Below, in pieces: positions 16,726-28,872 of a DNA stretch of 64,000 bases. Made by a program: the position numbers and the translations under genes. Each line of letters starts with the position of its first letter. The first letter of the stretch is position 1. The DNA is from the human T2T-CHM13v2.0 reference genome, Homo sapiens: NCBI RefSeq assembly GCF_009914755.1, contig NC_060936.1; one strand, 5' to 3'. The notes beneath the pieces are model-generated. The model was not told the origin of the DNA. It did not search any database and worked only from the letters and a program-made list of their open reading frames with translations.

Positions 16726-19449
16726 AGTTATGTTCTTAGCAAAAGGGTTGACTGAATTTTGTTAGCATAGTTTGTGCCTCACACTTTCCATGACTTCTTT
16801 CTTTTTCAAAATCCCTCTCTTAATTTCTGTTTCTTCTTTCAAACCAAAATGAAACCAAACTGACGCCTCAAACTAATAAACCTAACCCCAAACTCTGTAG
16901 GTATTAAGGAGTAAACTCAGACAAAAATCTAAAAACTTGGAAATTTTTCCATTATGGTTTAACTAATGTTTCCAATATCAGTTTTTCTTTGGTATTTAAT
17001 TGATTTAACAACTTTTTTTTTTTTTTTTTTTTTACAAAAGCATGCATCAGTTGTAAGCTATTCCATTTATACTTTTAAGAAGTCCTTTCAAACAATTTTA
17101 GTTGTCACATGTTTGGATTATGGTTTTATATCAAAATATTCTACTAAATAACCACTCCAACAGAATATATAGCATTATGTTCTAAAAATAGCATAAACCA
17201 GCTAGTCAAAGAAAGATTATTTTAGTTACAGATATTAACATGAATAGAATAAGATAAGGAAATAAGATAAAGTGTCTACATTCCAAATCCCTCCTCAGTC
17301 TATTTTAATGAGATGGAAATCCAGATTTCCGTAAAATTTTCTTCTCTTTTGTTACTTCTGAAATTCTGAAGAAAAATAATAATAGATATGTTTATGTAGA
17401 GATCAGGGTTTTTTAGGATATGCACAAAGATACATTTTTAAAAATCAGTCATTTTCTTTATATTAATTTTTCCTATCTTTTATAATCAATATTATAGGAA
17501 AATAAAACAAAAATAAATTAAAATTACCTTTTGCATTTCTAAAACTGGTTATGTATAGAAAATTCTCCTAAGAAGTGATTTTCTTGTGACAGAAACCACA
17601 GATCTATACACATGTCATCTCTTTCGAATAAGCTGTGATTAAATTGAGAGAATTAATTTTTTAAAGCAAAGTCAGAGAATTACAGTCATCTAAAAAAATG
17701 AAAATGCCACGATTAATTATCAAAGCAATAGGAACAGAACGCATATTAGCTGAAACTTTATTCTTTCAGGACTTAAACACTAGGAATTTAGTTCCTCAAA
17801 CACTCACGGCCACAGTCTTAGTTCCTGCTTTTATTTTCCAAGTCATAGATTATTTTGACCATCTCATTTGGGACATTTTCTGTTTCATTGATCCATTTTT
17901 TTCTGAGTCTTGTCTTATAATTGTCAGATAAATAGTGCTTAAAACACTTTATAAAAGGTTATTCTAGCGTAAATTACACAACAGGTTATCCAGATTCCAG
18001 GGTTTCTGTGAAAATCTATATAAAGAAAATAAATTAGAAAGGATTTAGTGGTTACAGGACTCAGATACATCATTTCATATGACAGAAATAATTAAAATCC
18101 GGGAAGTAAAAATTTACTGAGGCAGGAAATAATTTATCATTGTACGATTCCAGAGAAAAATTAGCTTGATAAGTGAATTTGATAAAGATTTATATAAGGA
18201 AAATCGATACTGAAAGTTTCTAAAATATAGGATCTTCCTAGGAAGAAGCTTTTAGTTATAAAGTCTGTAATTTAGATGAAAAAAAGTCCCGATAACAATA
18301 GGTGAGTGAAAATGGGAAAATAAAAGAACTGTTGCATTTCTTCCTGCTTTATACAGTTTGGTTTTTAACTTGTGAATTTTTGGTATACTAGTTCAATTTT
18401 TATTTGTTTTTAGGATATTTAAATCAGTTTGAAGTGCTGCATCGTATTTTTCTGTGTTTCATGATTGTTCTTCATGGGGCATTTAAAAAATCAGTTTGAA
18501 TGTTTTAATTCTCATTTTCTGTGTTCTTTCCATAGTATCTTCATATATTAATAGACTAAAAATGCTTTTTGTGGACTGGAATGATAGTTGGAGCACTGTA
18601 TTGGATTCCTATGTCAAGAGTGTCCTCTTCTGTCAAAATATTGCAATGTATTCTCTTAAATGAATGATTTGGGGGAGAGAAGTTTCTTTTGTTTTGTCTT
18701 TTGAATGTCATTTTGTCTATCCTAACACCTCTCTTCAACACATACACACACTTGCTTTTTTCCCTCATTTACTGAGCAGATTTTAAATGTGCTTTTTCCT
18801 TTCTTATGTTTTACCCTCTTCTCAGAAGTTTCGTTTTCCAAGACTAACTCTTCAAGTCCAAAACACACTTTCCTTCTGCCCACCAATCTGATCCTTTTGG
18901 AATTCCTTTTTAAATTTTCACAATTAGTGTGGTCTTGCTCTTTCTGAGGTAGTTGCCAGTTTATCTGAAACCCCTAGGGCACCATGAGAGGATAGAGATG
19001 GGATCTAGGAATAACACTGTAAGTTTTTTTTTTTTTAATTTACAATAATTTGAAGTTTTAGTATTTTCTGACCCCTAGTCATGCTAAAGACATACATTTG
19101 TCTGCTTTCATTTTTATTTTTGCATGTAATATATATATATATTTTAAGGCTATTGTAGGAGAATTTAAATTTAAGCAACTACCATTAGCTCTTTCTGTAT
19201 AGTTTTATTTCAGTGGGTACCTAGGTTTCAGCAGAATTCTCTGCTGTCTACTTGTTTCTGAAATTATAAAGGGAATAACTATCCCCGCCTTGATTTTTCT
19301 TATTCTTGGCCTAGTTTTCATGAATAAACCACAAGAAAAAAGACATAATATTATCAATATTTTGTATTTCTACAGCCTAGTGAACCAGTACATTTTTATA
19401 CATCTGGTAGATTTTGGTTGTAAATTCGTGTGGTTGAGAGTATGATTCC

Positions 19450-20240
19450 ACACTAGAAAATTCTAAAGATTCTTTCAAAAGACTCCTAGATCCAGTAAAT
19501 GACTTCGGTAAAGTTTTGAGATACAAAAATCAGTGGCATTTCTATGCACCAATAATGTTCAAGCTGACAACAAAATCGAGAATGCAATCTCACTTACAAT
19601 AACCACAGAAATAATAAAATAACTTGAGATTCATCTAACCAGACAGGAAAGCTCTCTTCAAGAAGAACTATAAAACATTGCCAAAAGAAACAATAGATGA
19701 CACAAACAAAAGTAAAAATATTCTATGCTCAAGGATTGGAAAAATTAAATACTGTTAAAATGTCCATACTATTCAGAACAATCTACAGACTCAGTGCAAT
19801 TCCTATCAAATTACCAATGTCTTTCTTCACAGAACTGAAAAAAAACTATTATAAAATTCATGTGGAACCAAAAAAGAGCCCAAATGTCAAACAAACAAAC
19901 AAAAAAGCTGGAGGCTTCACATTACCTAGCTTAAAACTATAGTACATGGCTACAATAACCAAAACAGCATGGTACTGATTAAAAGAAAACCAGACATATA
20001 GACCAATGGAACAGAATAGAAAACACCAAAATAAACCCACATGGTAAACTAATTTTTATATTAATATAAGGATGCCATGAAATGACAGTCTCTTTGGCAA
20101 ATCATGTTGGGAAAACTGAATATCCATATGTAGATGTTGGATTCATCATACACCAGGCACAAAATCAAATCAAAATCAACTGAAGATTTAAATGTAAGAA
20201 CTAAAACTTTTAAACTCCTAGAAGAAAACATAGAGGAACA
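19450..20240 (+). mobile_element. L1 ORF2 fragment
   Basis: [28 protein letters not shown]…KAGGFTLP. Confidence 0.85.
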
Positions 20241-20334
20241 GTTTACATATAAGAAATATTATATAGAAACAATTTAAATCTAGGAATGTCCTAATAGACT
20301 GTACTAAATACACTTTATCTCTTTTTATCTCAAT

Positions 20335-21095
20335 CTTTTATTTTTATTTTAGAATCAAGAGGTACATGTGCAGATTTTTTACATAAATATATTGCGTGAT
20401 GCCAAGGTTTAGTTTTCATTTGACCCCATCACCACATAGTGAGCATAGTACCCAATAGGTGGGTTTCAACCCCTACACTCCTCCTTTCATCCCCCCTTTT
20501 GGAGTTGCAAGTGTCTATTGTTCTCATCTTTATGTCCATGTGTACTCAATGTCCAGCTCCCACTCATAAGTGAGAACATGTAAGTATTTGGTGTTCTGTT
20601 CCTGTGTTAATTTGATTAGGATAATGGCCTCCAGCTGCATCCATGTTGCTGTGAAGGACATCATTTTATTCTTTATTATGGCTTCATAGTATTCCATGAG
20701 TGTATGTGTACCACATTTTCTTTATCCAATCCACTTTTGATGGGCACCTAGGTTGATTCCATATCTTTACTATTGTGAATAATGCTGTGATAAACATACA
20801 AATTCCAGTGTATTTTAGTAGAATGATTTATTTTCCTTTGGGTATATACCCAGTAATGGGATAACTGGGCTGAATGGTAGTTGTGTTTTTAAGTTCGTTG
20901 AGAAATCTCCAAACTGGTTTCCACAGTGTCTTAACTAATTTACATTTCCACCAACAGTGTATCAGTGTCCCTTTTCTTGGCAACCTCACCAGCATCTCTT
21001 ATTCTTTCACATTTTAATCAAAATGCCAAATTTGAATCACCATAGTGACTGGTGAGAGACAGTATCTCATTGTGGTTTTGATTTGCATTTCTCAA
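20335..21095 (-). mobile_element. L1 3' end (L1PA15/16-like)
   Basis: Antisense L1 3'UTR and ORF2-end motifs. Confidence 0.88.
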
Positions 21096-21354
21096 AGATC
21101 CCTTGATCTGTATGTCTGTTATTATGCCAGTACTACTGTAGCTTTGTAATAGTTTTGAATTCAGGGTGTATGATGCCTTTAACCTTGTTTAACCTTGTTC
21201 TTCTTCCTGGAGATTGCTTTGGCTATTCAGTGTCTTTTGTGGTTCTACATGAGTTTAATGAATATTTTTCTATTTTTGTAAAAAAAAATGCAATTGTGAT
21301 TTTGAACAGAATTGCCTTGAATCTATAGATGTATTTGATTACATTAAATTTTCA

Positions 21355-21707
21355 TAAAAGCATAAGTAACCAAAGCAAAATTATATAAAGTGGGACTACA
21401 TCAAACTAAAAATGTTCTGCACAGCAAAGGAAACAGCAGAGTGAAAGGCAACCTATAGATTTGAGAAAACATTGCAAATAACATATCTGTTAAGGTATTA
21501 ATGTCCAGAATATATAAGGAACCTCTACAACTTAATACCAAAAACAAAAAATAGCCCAATTTTAAAAAATGGATGAAGGACTTGAATAGACATTTCTCCA
21601 CAAAAGACATGCATGTGGCCAGTGGGTATATAAAAAAATGCTCAACATCACTAATCATTAGGGAAATATTCTAAGATGCTACCTAACACCTGTTAGGATG
21701 ACTATTT

Positions 21708-21754
<47 letters not shown>

Positions 21755-21876
21755 GGATACATTCATATATCCATATATTCATTCATATATACCCAGAAGA
21801 AGGAGATGAGCCATCCTCTCACTTTCATTTATTACCCTCTTCCTTAAAACGAATATATCCATATACATATATATGA

Positions 21877-21922
<46 letters not shown>

Positions 21923-22715
21923 GTAAGAATGTGAAGAAATTGGAACCCTAGCACATTGTTGATAAGAATGCACTATGAAAAAGGTGTATAGAGCTTCCTC
22001 AAAAATTAAGAGTAAAACTACCCATATAACCCAATAATATCACTTCTGGGTATACAGTATATCCAAAAGAATTAAAATTAGTATCTTGAAGAGATATCTG
22101 CACTCCCACATCAATGGTAGGATTATCAAGAATAAATAATATTTAAACAACCTAAATGTACACTGACAGATGAACAGATAAAGAAAATGTAGTATGTACA
22201 TATGATGGAATATTCTTCAGCCTTAAAGAAAGAATATTCTGCCATTCATGACAACATGAATGACCCTTGAGGACATTAAGCTAAATAAAATAAGCCAGTC
22301 ACAGAAGAACAAATGCTTTATGATTATACTATATGAGTTATCTAAAGTAGTCAAATTCATAGGAACAGAGAATGGTGGTTACCAGGGACTCACTTTCAAT
22401 TGGTTAAGTTTCAGTTACGAAAGACGAATAAGTTCTAGAGATATACTGTACCACATAGTACGTATAGTTAGCAACAATACGTTGATCACTTTAAAATCTG
22501 CTAGGAGGGTAGATCTCATGTCAAGTGTCTTACTTGCCCTCTGCTCCCAAAATAAAGGTACTCAAGAAAAACTTTGTAGATGATAAACATGCCTACTATC
22601 TTCATTGGGTGATGGTATTACGAATGTATGCATATGTCCAAACTCATCAAATTGTATACGTTAAAAATGCACAGTTTTTTTGTATATAAACTATACCTCA
22701 ATAAAGCTATTGTAA
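21355..22715 (+). mobile_element. L1MA-type 3' portion containing two (TA)n microsatellites (21709-21752, 21879-21918)
   Basis: aagtgggactacatcaaactaaaa…; L1MA 3'UTR (gggtagatctcatgt; catatgtccaaactcatcaaattgtatac; ctcaataaagct). Confidence 0.85.
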
Positions 22716-22874
22716 TAAATCTCCAATATAGCATCTATTAATGGTCATCACTCCAACATAATTTGAAGAAATGAAAATTATAATATAAACCACGACATAG
22801 CTATTTGTTTCGAACAAAAAATAAATATATTAATAATTAATCTTCTTAAAGAAGAAAAATATTTAGTGTAGAAT

Positions 22875-23000
22875 TATTCAGTGTGTTGCTGGTTTTGTGT
22901 CTTCTTAGAAATGTAATAGCAGGCTGTATATACAAGATCCATTTTCATATAAATAGATTACAATGGTCCATTAATTTTTTAAGTATTTATCTGTGGTCAA
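22875..23000 (-). pseudogene. Possible degenerate last CTLD exon of KLR-like pseudogene A
   Basis: tattttcag acceptor, then frameshifted …GHC…SCIY.CYYISKK, resembling the C…C-x7-C(YYICEK) pattern; weak match. Confidence 0.3.
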
Positions 23001-23016
23001 CTGAAAATATATTTTC

Positions 23017-23318
23017 GACCCGCCTCGCATGGGCCCAGGGGGCGGGGGTTTGGGTGGCTGCCCTCAGTATTGCCTGCACAAATATCTACCAAGTCTGCGA
23101 CGAATAGCTCCAGCAACTTTGCACCGTGTTTTCCAGTAAGCCTACCGACAGGCACTGTGCAGATTCAAGCAGAGAGAAGTCCAAGCACTGAGGCCGCTGC
23201 TGCACCGGCCATCCTGAGACCCTAGTCGACCTTCCGGCCTCCGCATCCCCGCCCCGCACTAGGACCCCTGCAGACGATCAGGCGGCAGCCGGGGTGACTT
23301 TCTTCCTCTTTTGGCAAC
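23017..23318 (+). promoter_or_regulatory. GC/CpG-rich promoter-like leader of the retrogene
   Basis: GC boxes at 23039-23048 and 23247-23255; ETS-like CTTCCGG at 23231-23237; TCT/TOP-like pyrimidine tract at 23298-23312; YY1-like CAACATGGCG overlapping the ATG. Confidence 0.7.
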
Positions 23319-24737
23319 ATGGCGGGCGGAGAAGCTGGGGTGACTCTGGGGCAGCCGCACCTTTCGCGTCAGGATCTCACCACCTTGGATGTTACCAAGT
23401 TGACGCCACTTTCACACGAAGTTATCAGCAGACAAGCCACAATTAATATAGGTACAATTGGTCATGTAGCTCATGGGAAATCCACAGTCGTCAAAGCTAT
23501 TTCTGGAGTTCACACCGTCAGGTTCAAAAATGAACTAGAAAGAAATATTACAATCAAGCTTGGATATGCTAATGCTAAGATTTATCAACTTGATGACCCA
23601 AGTTGCCCTCGGCCAGAATGTTATCGATCTTGTGGGAGCAGTATGCCTGATGAGTTTCCTACAGACATTCCAGGAACCAAAGGGAACTTCAGATTAGTCA
23701 GACATGTTTCCTTTGTTGACTGTCCTGGCCACGATATTTTGATGGCTACTATGCTGAACGGTGCAGCAGTGATGGATGCAGCTCTTCTGTTGATAGCTGG
23801 TAATGAATCTTGCCCTCAGCCTCAGACATCTGAACACCTGGCTGCTATAGAGATCATGAAACTGAAGCATATTTTGATTCTACAAAATAAAATTGATTTG
23901 GTAAAAGAAAGGCAGGCTAAAGAACAATACGAGCAGATCCTTGCGTTTGTCCAAGGTACAGTAGCAGAGGGAGCTCCCATTATTCCAATTTCGGCTCAGC
24001 TGAAATACAATATTGAAGTTGTTTGTGAGTACATAGTAAAGAAAATTCCAGTACCCCCAAGAGACTTTACTTCAGAGCCCCGGCTTATTGTTATTAGATC
24101 TTTTGATGTCAACAAACCTGGCTGTGAAGTTGATGACCTTAAGGGAGGTGTAGCTGGTGGTAGTATCCTAAAAGGAGTATTAAAGGTGGGCCAGGAGACA
24201 GAAGTAAGACCTGGTATTGTTTCCAAAGATAGTGAAGGAAAACTCATGTGTAAACCAATCTTTTCCAAAATTGTTTCACTTTTTGCGGAGCATAATGATC
24301 TGCAATATGCTGCTCCAGGCGGTCTTATTGGAGTTGGAACAAAAATTGACCCCACTTTGTGCCGGGCTGACAGAATGGTGGGGCAAATACTTGGTGCAGT
24401 CGGAGCTTTACCTGAGATATTCACAGAATTGGAAATTTCCTATTTCCTGCTTAGACGGCTTCTAGGTGTACGCACTGAAGGAGACAAGAAAGCAGCAAAG
24501 GTTCAAAAGCTGTCTAAGAATGAAGTGCTCATGGTGAACATAGGATCCCTGTCGACAGGAGGGAGAGTTAGTGCTGTCAAGGCCGATTTGGGCAAAATTG
24601 TTTTGACCAATCCAGTGTGCACAGAGGTAGGAGAAAAAATTGCCCTTAGCCGAAGAGTTGAAAAACACTGGCGTTTAATTGGTTGGGGTCAGATAAGAAG
24701 AGGAGTGACAATCAAGCCAACAGTAGATGATGACTGA
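23319..24737 (+). CDS. EIF2S3B: Eukaryotic translation initiation factor 2 subunit gamma, autosomal retrogene (472 aa)
   Basis: Intact 472-aa ORF with G-domain motifs [14 protein letters not shown] and NKID and the C-terminus [22 protein letters not shown]; intronless; strong Kozak context. Confidence 0.97.
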   Translation: MAGGEAGVTLGQPHLSRQDLTTLDVTKLTPLSHEVISRQATINIGTIGHVAHGKSTVVKAISGVHTVRFKNELERNITIKLGYANAKIYQLDDPSCPRPECYRSCGSSMPDEFPTDIPGTKGNFRLVRHVSFVDCPGHDILMATMLNGAAVMDAALLLIAGNESCPQPQTSEHLAAIEIMKLKHILILQNKIDLVKERQAKEQYEQILAFVQGTVAEGAPIIPISAQLKYNIEVVCEYIVKKIPVPPRDFTSEPRLIVIRSFDVNKPGCEVDDLKGGVAGGSILKGVLKVGQETEVRPGIVSKDSEGKLMCKPIFSKIVSLFAEHNDLQYAAPGGLIGVGTKIDPTLCRADRMVGQILGAVGALPEIFTELEISYFLLRRLLGVRTEGDKKAAKVQKLSKNEVLMVNIGSLSTGGRVSAVKADLGKIVLTNPVCTEVGEKIALSRRVEKHWRLIGWGQIRRGVTIKPTVDDD

Positions 24738-25009
24738 AGAATACCGGTTAAATAATACATTCGGATGGAGCTGGAAGTTGGAATTTCTCTTTAACAACCA
24801 AGGGGTTTATTTTCAAAGCGATATTGGGGAATTGATTTCACAGTTTGTTACCTTAGTAGGTAACGGTAAGGTTATTCTCTCTTTTTTTTTTTGGTTATGA
24901 AAACTTAGGGACTACAATTAGTATAAAAATTGGCATAATGTTGGATTGAATCTACATTTTGGCAGAAGTTAAGCATTCCCACATAATGTCAAAATTATAC
25001 ATTATGCAG

Positions 25010-25302
25010 TTTTTTTGTTTGTTTTATTTTGTTTTGTTTTTGAGTCTGGCTCTGTCACCTAGGCTGGCATGTAGTGGCATGATCTGCAATCTCTGCCTCC
25101 CAGGTTCAAGCGATTCTCCTGCCTCAGCCCCCCAAGTAGCTGAGATTACAGGTGTGTGCCACCACACGGGGCTAATTTTTGTATTAGTAGAGACGGGGTT
25201 TCGGCATGTTGGCCAGGCCAGTCTCTCCTGACCTCAGGGTGATCAGCCCACCTCGGCCTCACAAAGTGCCGGGATTACAGGCGTGAGCCACCTTGCCTAG
25301 CC
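25010..25302 (-). mobile_element. AluS within the retrogene 3'UTR
   Basis: Antisense Alu; TSD acat(t/c)atgcagttt at 24999-25012 and 25304-25317. Confidence 0.92.
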
Positions 25303-27807
25303 CACATCATGCAGTTTGAAATGAAACTTTGCCACAACCAGCCTTTGCTGTAGCACACACATATATCACTGAAACTGTTCGAAATAAAGTTTTTTTTTGT
25401 TTTTCATGATTCGTCTTTGAGTACCTCCAGGCTGAAGGACTGTTGTACCAGTAAAAACTTAAAGGCACAAATTATCCTTGAAGACCTTCTCCCTTTTCTT
25501 TGGCCCCATATTTTATGTTGCTTTATCTTTGAAATTTTGCATGAAAAGGATGCAATGAATGGGTTCGAATTGCATGAAAAGGATGCATGAATGGGTTCGA
25601 ATGAAATTGTCCTTTAGAGCATGATTACTTGTTCCCATGGGCAAATAATTTTCTCCCCTTGCTCTTCCTGGCCTGAAATACGGGAAACTAGAGTCAGAAG
25701 TTATCTCCCTCTCCCTGTGATGCCTTGAGATGTTTTTCTGCATTGTTTTATGCCTGAAATCCAATAGTCTTCCTCCATTGGAAAATACTGTTATACCAAA
25801 TAATTCTAGATGAGTAACAAAGATCCTTCTAGGCCTTCATTTTATGTTTTTTCTTAACTGTTATATGATTGTGACACAGATTATAATATTACTAATTTTT
25901 GGATGTTTCAAAAGGTCAATAAGTAAAAGATGTTAGAAAGCAAAAAAAAAAAAAAAAAAAAAAAAGAAAATATATTTTCTATCATGTTCTTCTGATAAAG
26001 TAATTCAAACTTTAACCAGCCCTGAAGACGGCATTGTGATTATACATCCCTGGGTTCTCCTGCTGACCTAAAGTAATATTAATCTCCATATATAACATTA
26101 AAATATATTCCCTTATTAGCTTAAGGGAATAAATGTGAATAATCAAATTTTTTCTTTTGTTAGTGTAGGGCAAATTAAAATTTTTCTGCTTTTTAAAGTT
26201 ATGAAACCATAGACTCATAGAAAAAAAATTCTTCATATACAGGATTTAAGTATAAAAACTTGCGTGTACATATGTGTATATAAATTCTTAGAAAAGTTGT
26301 TAAAATCTCTTATATGTTAAAGCACATGAGAACCGTCAGATAAAATCTGACCTCCTTCAAAAAATCTAATATTTATGTGAGGGTAATATTAATACAATAC
26401 TTATCTTCTTTGTTTCTCCATTTTATGTTGAGTGTTGAGGAGCAAATTAATTGTCTTTTAGAAAGTGGCATTCTTGCAGTGGGCAGCCTGTCTGCTACTT
26501 AGTGCTCTATTATTTCTCTATATCTATTGTTATTTTGTCCTGTTAAATGTTTAAAGAAAGATTAACTATTGCATTACTGTGAGATTTTTATCAAGATTCT
26601 TATCATTGTTAGAATATTATTCTTTAATTCTGCCTATTCCTCCACAGTATTTTTCTAGCATTCTATCTATATGCCACCTTGAGGTCTTCATTTTTTTAAC
26701 TGAGGTAATATATAGACACACTTAAATATTAAGAGTATTATCTTACTGTCAGATGGCTTGCAAATATATTTCCAACAATCTTACCTTTCTTCTGAAAAAT
26801 CATCAATTTTTACCAGAGTTAGAGTTTTAATTTTAAACCATCACAAATTTTTAAAATATTTACCATAATTTTAGCTTTAAAAACACTTTCAGATCATGAC
26901 TTCAATTATATTTTATTCAAAAATTTTTATAGTTTCTAATTCTCATCCAATTTTTATGCTTTCTAGTATATTTGGTATATAGTATAAAAGGAATGTATAC
27001 TATGCCTCTATAACTATCCAAATTGCACAACCAATTTTCATGAAATAAATTGTCCTTTCCCACATTACTTGAAATATCACTTGAATAAGAACCACCATAT
27101 TCGTAGTTATATAGATTTATGGTTCATTTTGATAGCAATAAAAAATCTTAATCAGATAAATATCACTCATCACCATTAATTTCCAAAAACTTTTGATCAT
27201 GCATGCATACATCCATGAGAAGTATATTAATTTATTAGTAAATTAATTATAAATAAATTTATATTTAAAGCATGAAAGTCACACATAGATTTTATGGGCA
27301 CATAAAGAACAATGTGTATTTTTCATTGTTATTTGCATTCTTCATTGTTTTCATCCTATTTTTTTCCATGGACATGACAGTAAGAGATCATCTTCCCTTA
27401 GAAATTTGATCTTTCTCAAATATTGATGGTGAAAGAAGTGAGCTTAATACAGTAAGTCATCTCTTTTCGACTACTCATATCATCCAAGGCAGTTTATCTT
27501 TTGTCCTACATTAGCACTGATAGGCTAAATATTGAATAGTCTGATGTATACTAAAATATGAAGATGTAACACATACAATGAGAGGACATCAGGGCTATTA
27601 TTCTTGTTTAAAATTAACAGTGCTTCCAGGTCTCTTTAATACCTACTCCCCTTCCTCTGCAGGTAAAAGGTAAATGTGCACCAGTACTAAAGGTACCTCC
27701 ACCAAATGGGTCAAATAAGATGAGAGGAAAGCCCAAACAATTATCCTAACTCAGGACACACACATGTCTCATAAAGCACTTACTCGGGGTTAATAAAATA
27801 AACATAC

Positions 27808-27959
27808 CTGCTCCTCTTTGTCATCAATCTTAATGAGACTAGAACCCAGATCTTGGCATGACTTCTTACTCTCATTCCAAGTTTTCTCTTCTTTTGAAAA
27901 ATAGTAACACTTTTCTCCATAGCAGGACAATTTTCCTTGACAGGAGGCACAGCCTTTTT
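27808..27959 (-). pseudogene. KLR-like pseudogene A, first C-type lectin domain exon (KLRH-like)
   Basis: ttttcaag|…|gtatgt splice sites; 152 bp, phase 1-0; open frame KGCASCQGKLSCYGEKCYYFSKEEKTWNESKKSCQDLGSSLIKIDDKEEQ with the NK-lectin Cys/CYYF/W pattern. Confidence 0.9.
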
Positions 27960-28744
27960 CTTGAAAACAAAAACAACCACCCACACTCCATCCCCAAGAC
28001 CATTTAGAGACATGTACACTTTACGTACTTCACTGCTTACTTCAGAATGAATTACCAGAAAATAGCATTCCCCTGTGTGCCAAAAGTCTGTATGTTGGAC
28101 ATAGCTCTTCTACCAAATTCTTCAGGGAAAAATACTGTTGAGCCAGACAGCCTCTGACAGACCCAAGGCCACTGTTAGGATTACATTCGGAAATCTTGAC
28201 TTCTCAAGTATAAACAAACTGCACCAATATGGAGAAGTTCTTCCTGCAGGAAGAAATCTACCAAAGTGAATATATGGCAATTATATTAATCCTAAGAGTT
28301 CTATATTGGGCAAACTTATTCACAAGCAAGTAAAATTTACTTACACAAGGAAGTAAAATTACTCAAATCAATATGACAATAGGGTCTTCTTTAGTGAAAT
28401 CAAGTGTTCAATTAAATATAATATAGAAAATAGATTTGATGAGAAAAAGCAAAATTAAAAGCCCTGCCAAAGATCAATGTAAAGTTTTATTGAAATGGTG
28501 CAGAAGGGTTTAATTCTATGGAAAAAAAATCTGTTTGCTATTAGCTTAAGTACTCAGTACATATTTGTACTAGATGGTAAAATGGAGTGATCTTTAACTC
28601 TAGAAAGAAGGTTTTTTTTTTCTTTTTTCTCTTCTATATCTTGTGTTTTACATTTAAAGGAGCTCTGCAAAACTTTATATTATAAAGTTAATATCATGAA
28701 TGGGTTTAATGGAAAATCATTTCATTATCATCATTTACTGAATT

Positions 28745-28872
28745 ATTTTTATTGAATAGATGAGGTTTCACCATGTTGCCCAGGCTGGTCTCAAACTCCT
28801 GGGCTCAAGTGATCTACCTGCATTAACCTCTTCAAGTGCTGGGATTACAGGCATGAGCTACCGCACCTGGCA
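28745..28872 (-). mobile_element. Alu left monomer (FLAM-like)
   Basis: gtttcaccatgttgcccaggctggtctcaaactcctgggctcaagtgatc…ggattacaggcatgagc. Confidence 0.88.

Larger units (their letters stand above)
23017..25965 (+). other. EIF2S3B: Retrotransposed mRNA insertion (whole EIF2S3B retrocopy)
   Basis: TSD gaaaatatattttc at 23003-23016 and 25966-25979; A24 tail at 25942-25965; no introns in the CDS; abrupt rise in GC content at 23017. Confidence 0.97.

Noticed and set aside
17290-18630. WI-containing frames (minus strand NF…EIWISIS near 17365-17300; plus strand LYWIPMSR near 18595-18620) as the missing WIGL lectin exon
   Set aside because: No WIGL or W-x-W-x-D-G motif; wrong strand or order relative to the other exons; likely chance
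23996-24424. 142-aa antisense ORF within EIF2S3B
   Set aside because: Shadow ORF of a real coding sequence; no recognisable domain
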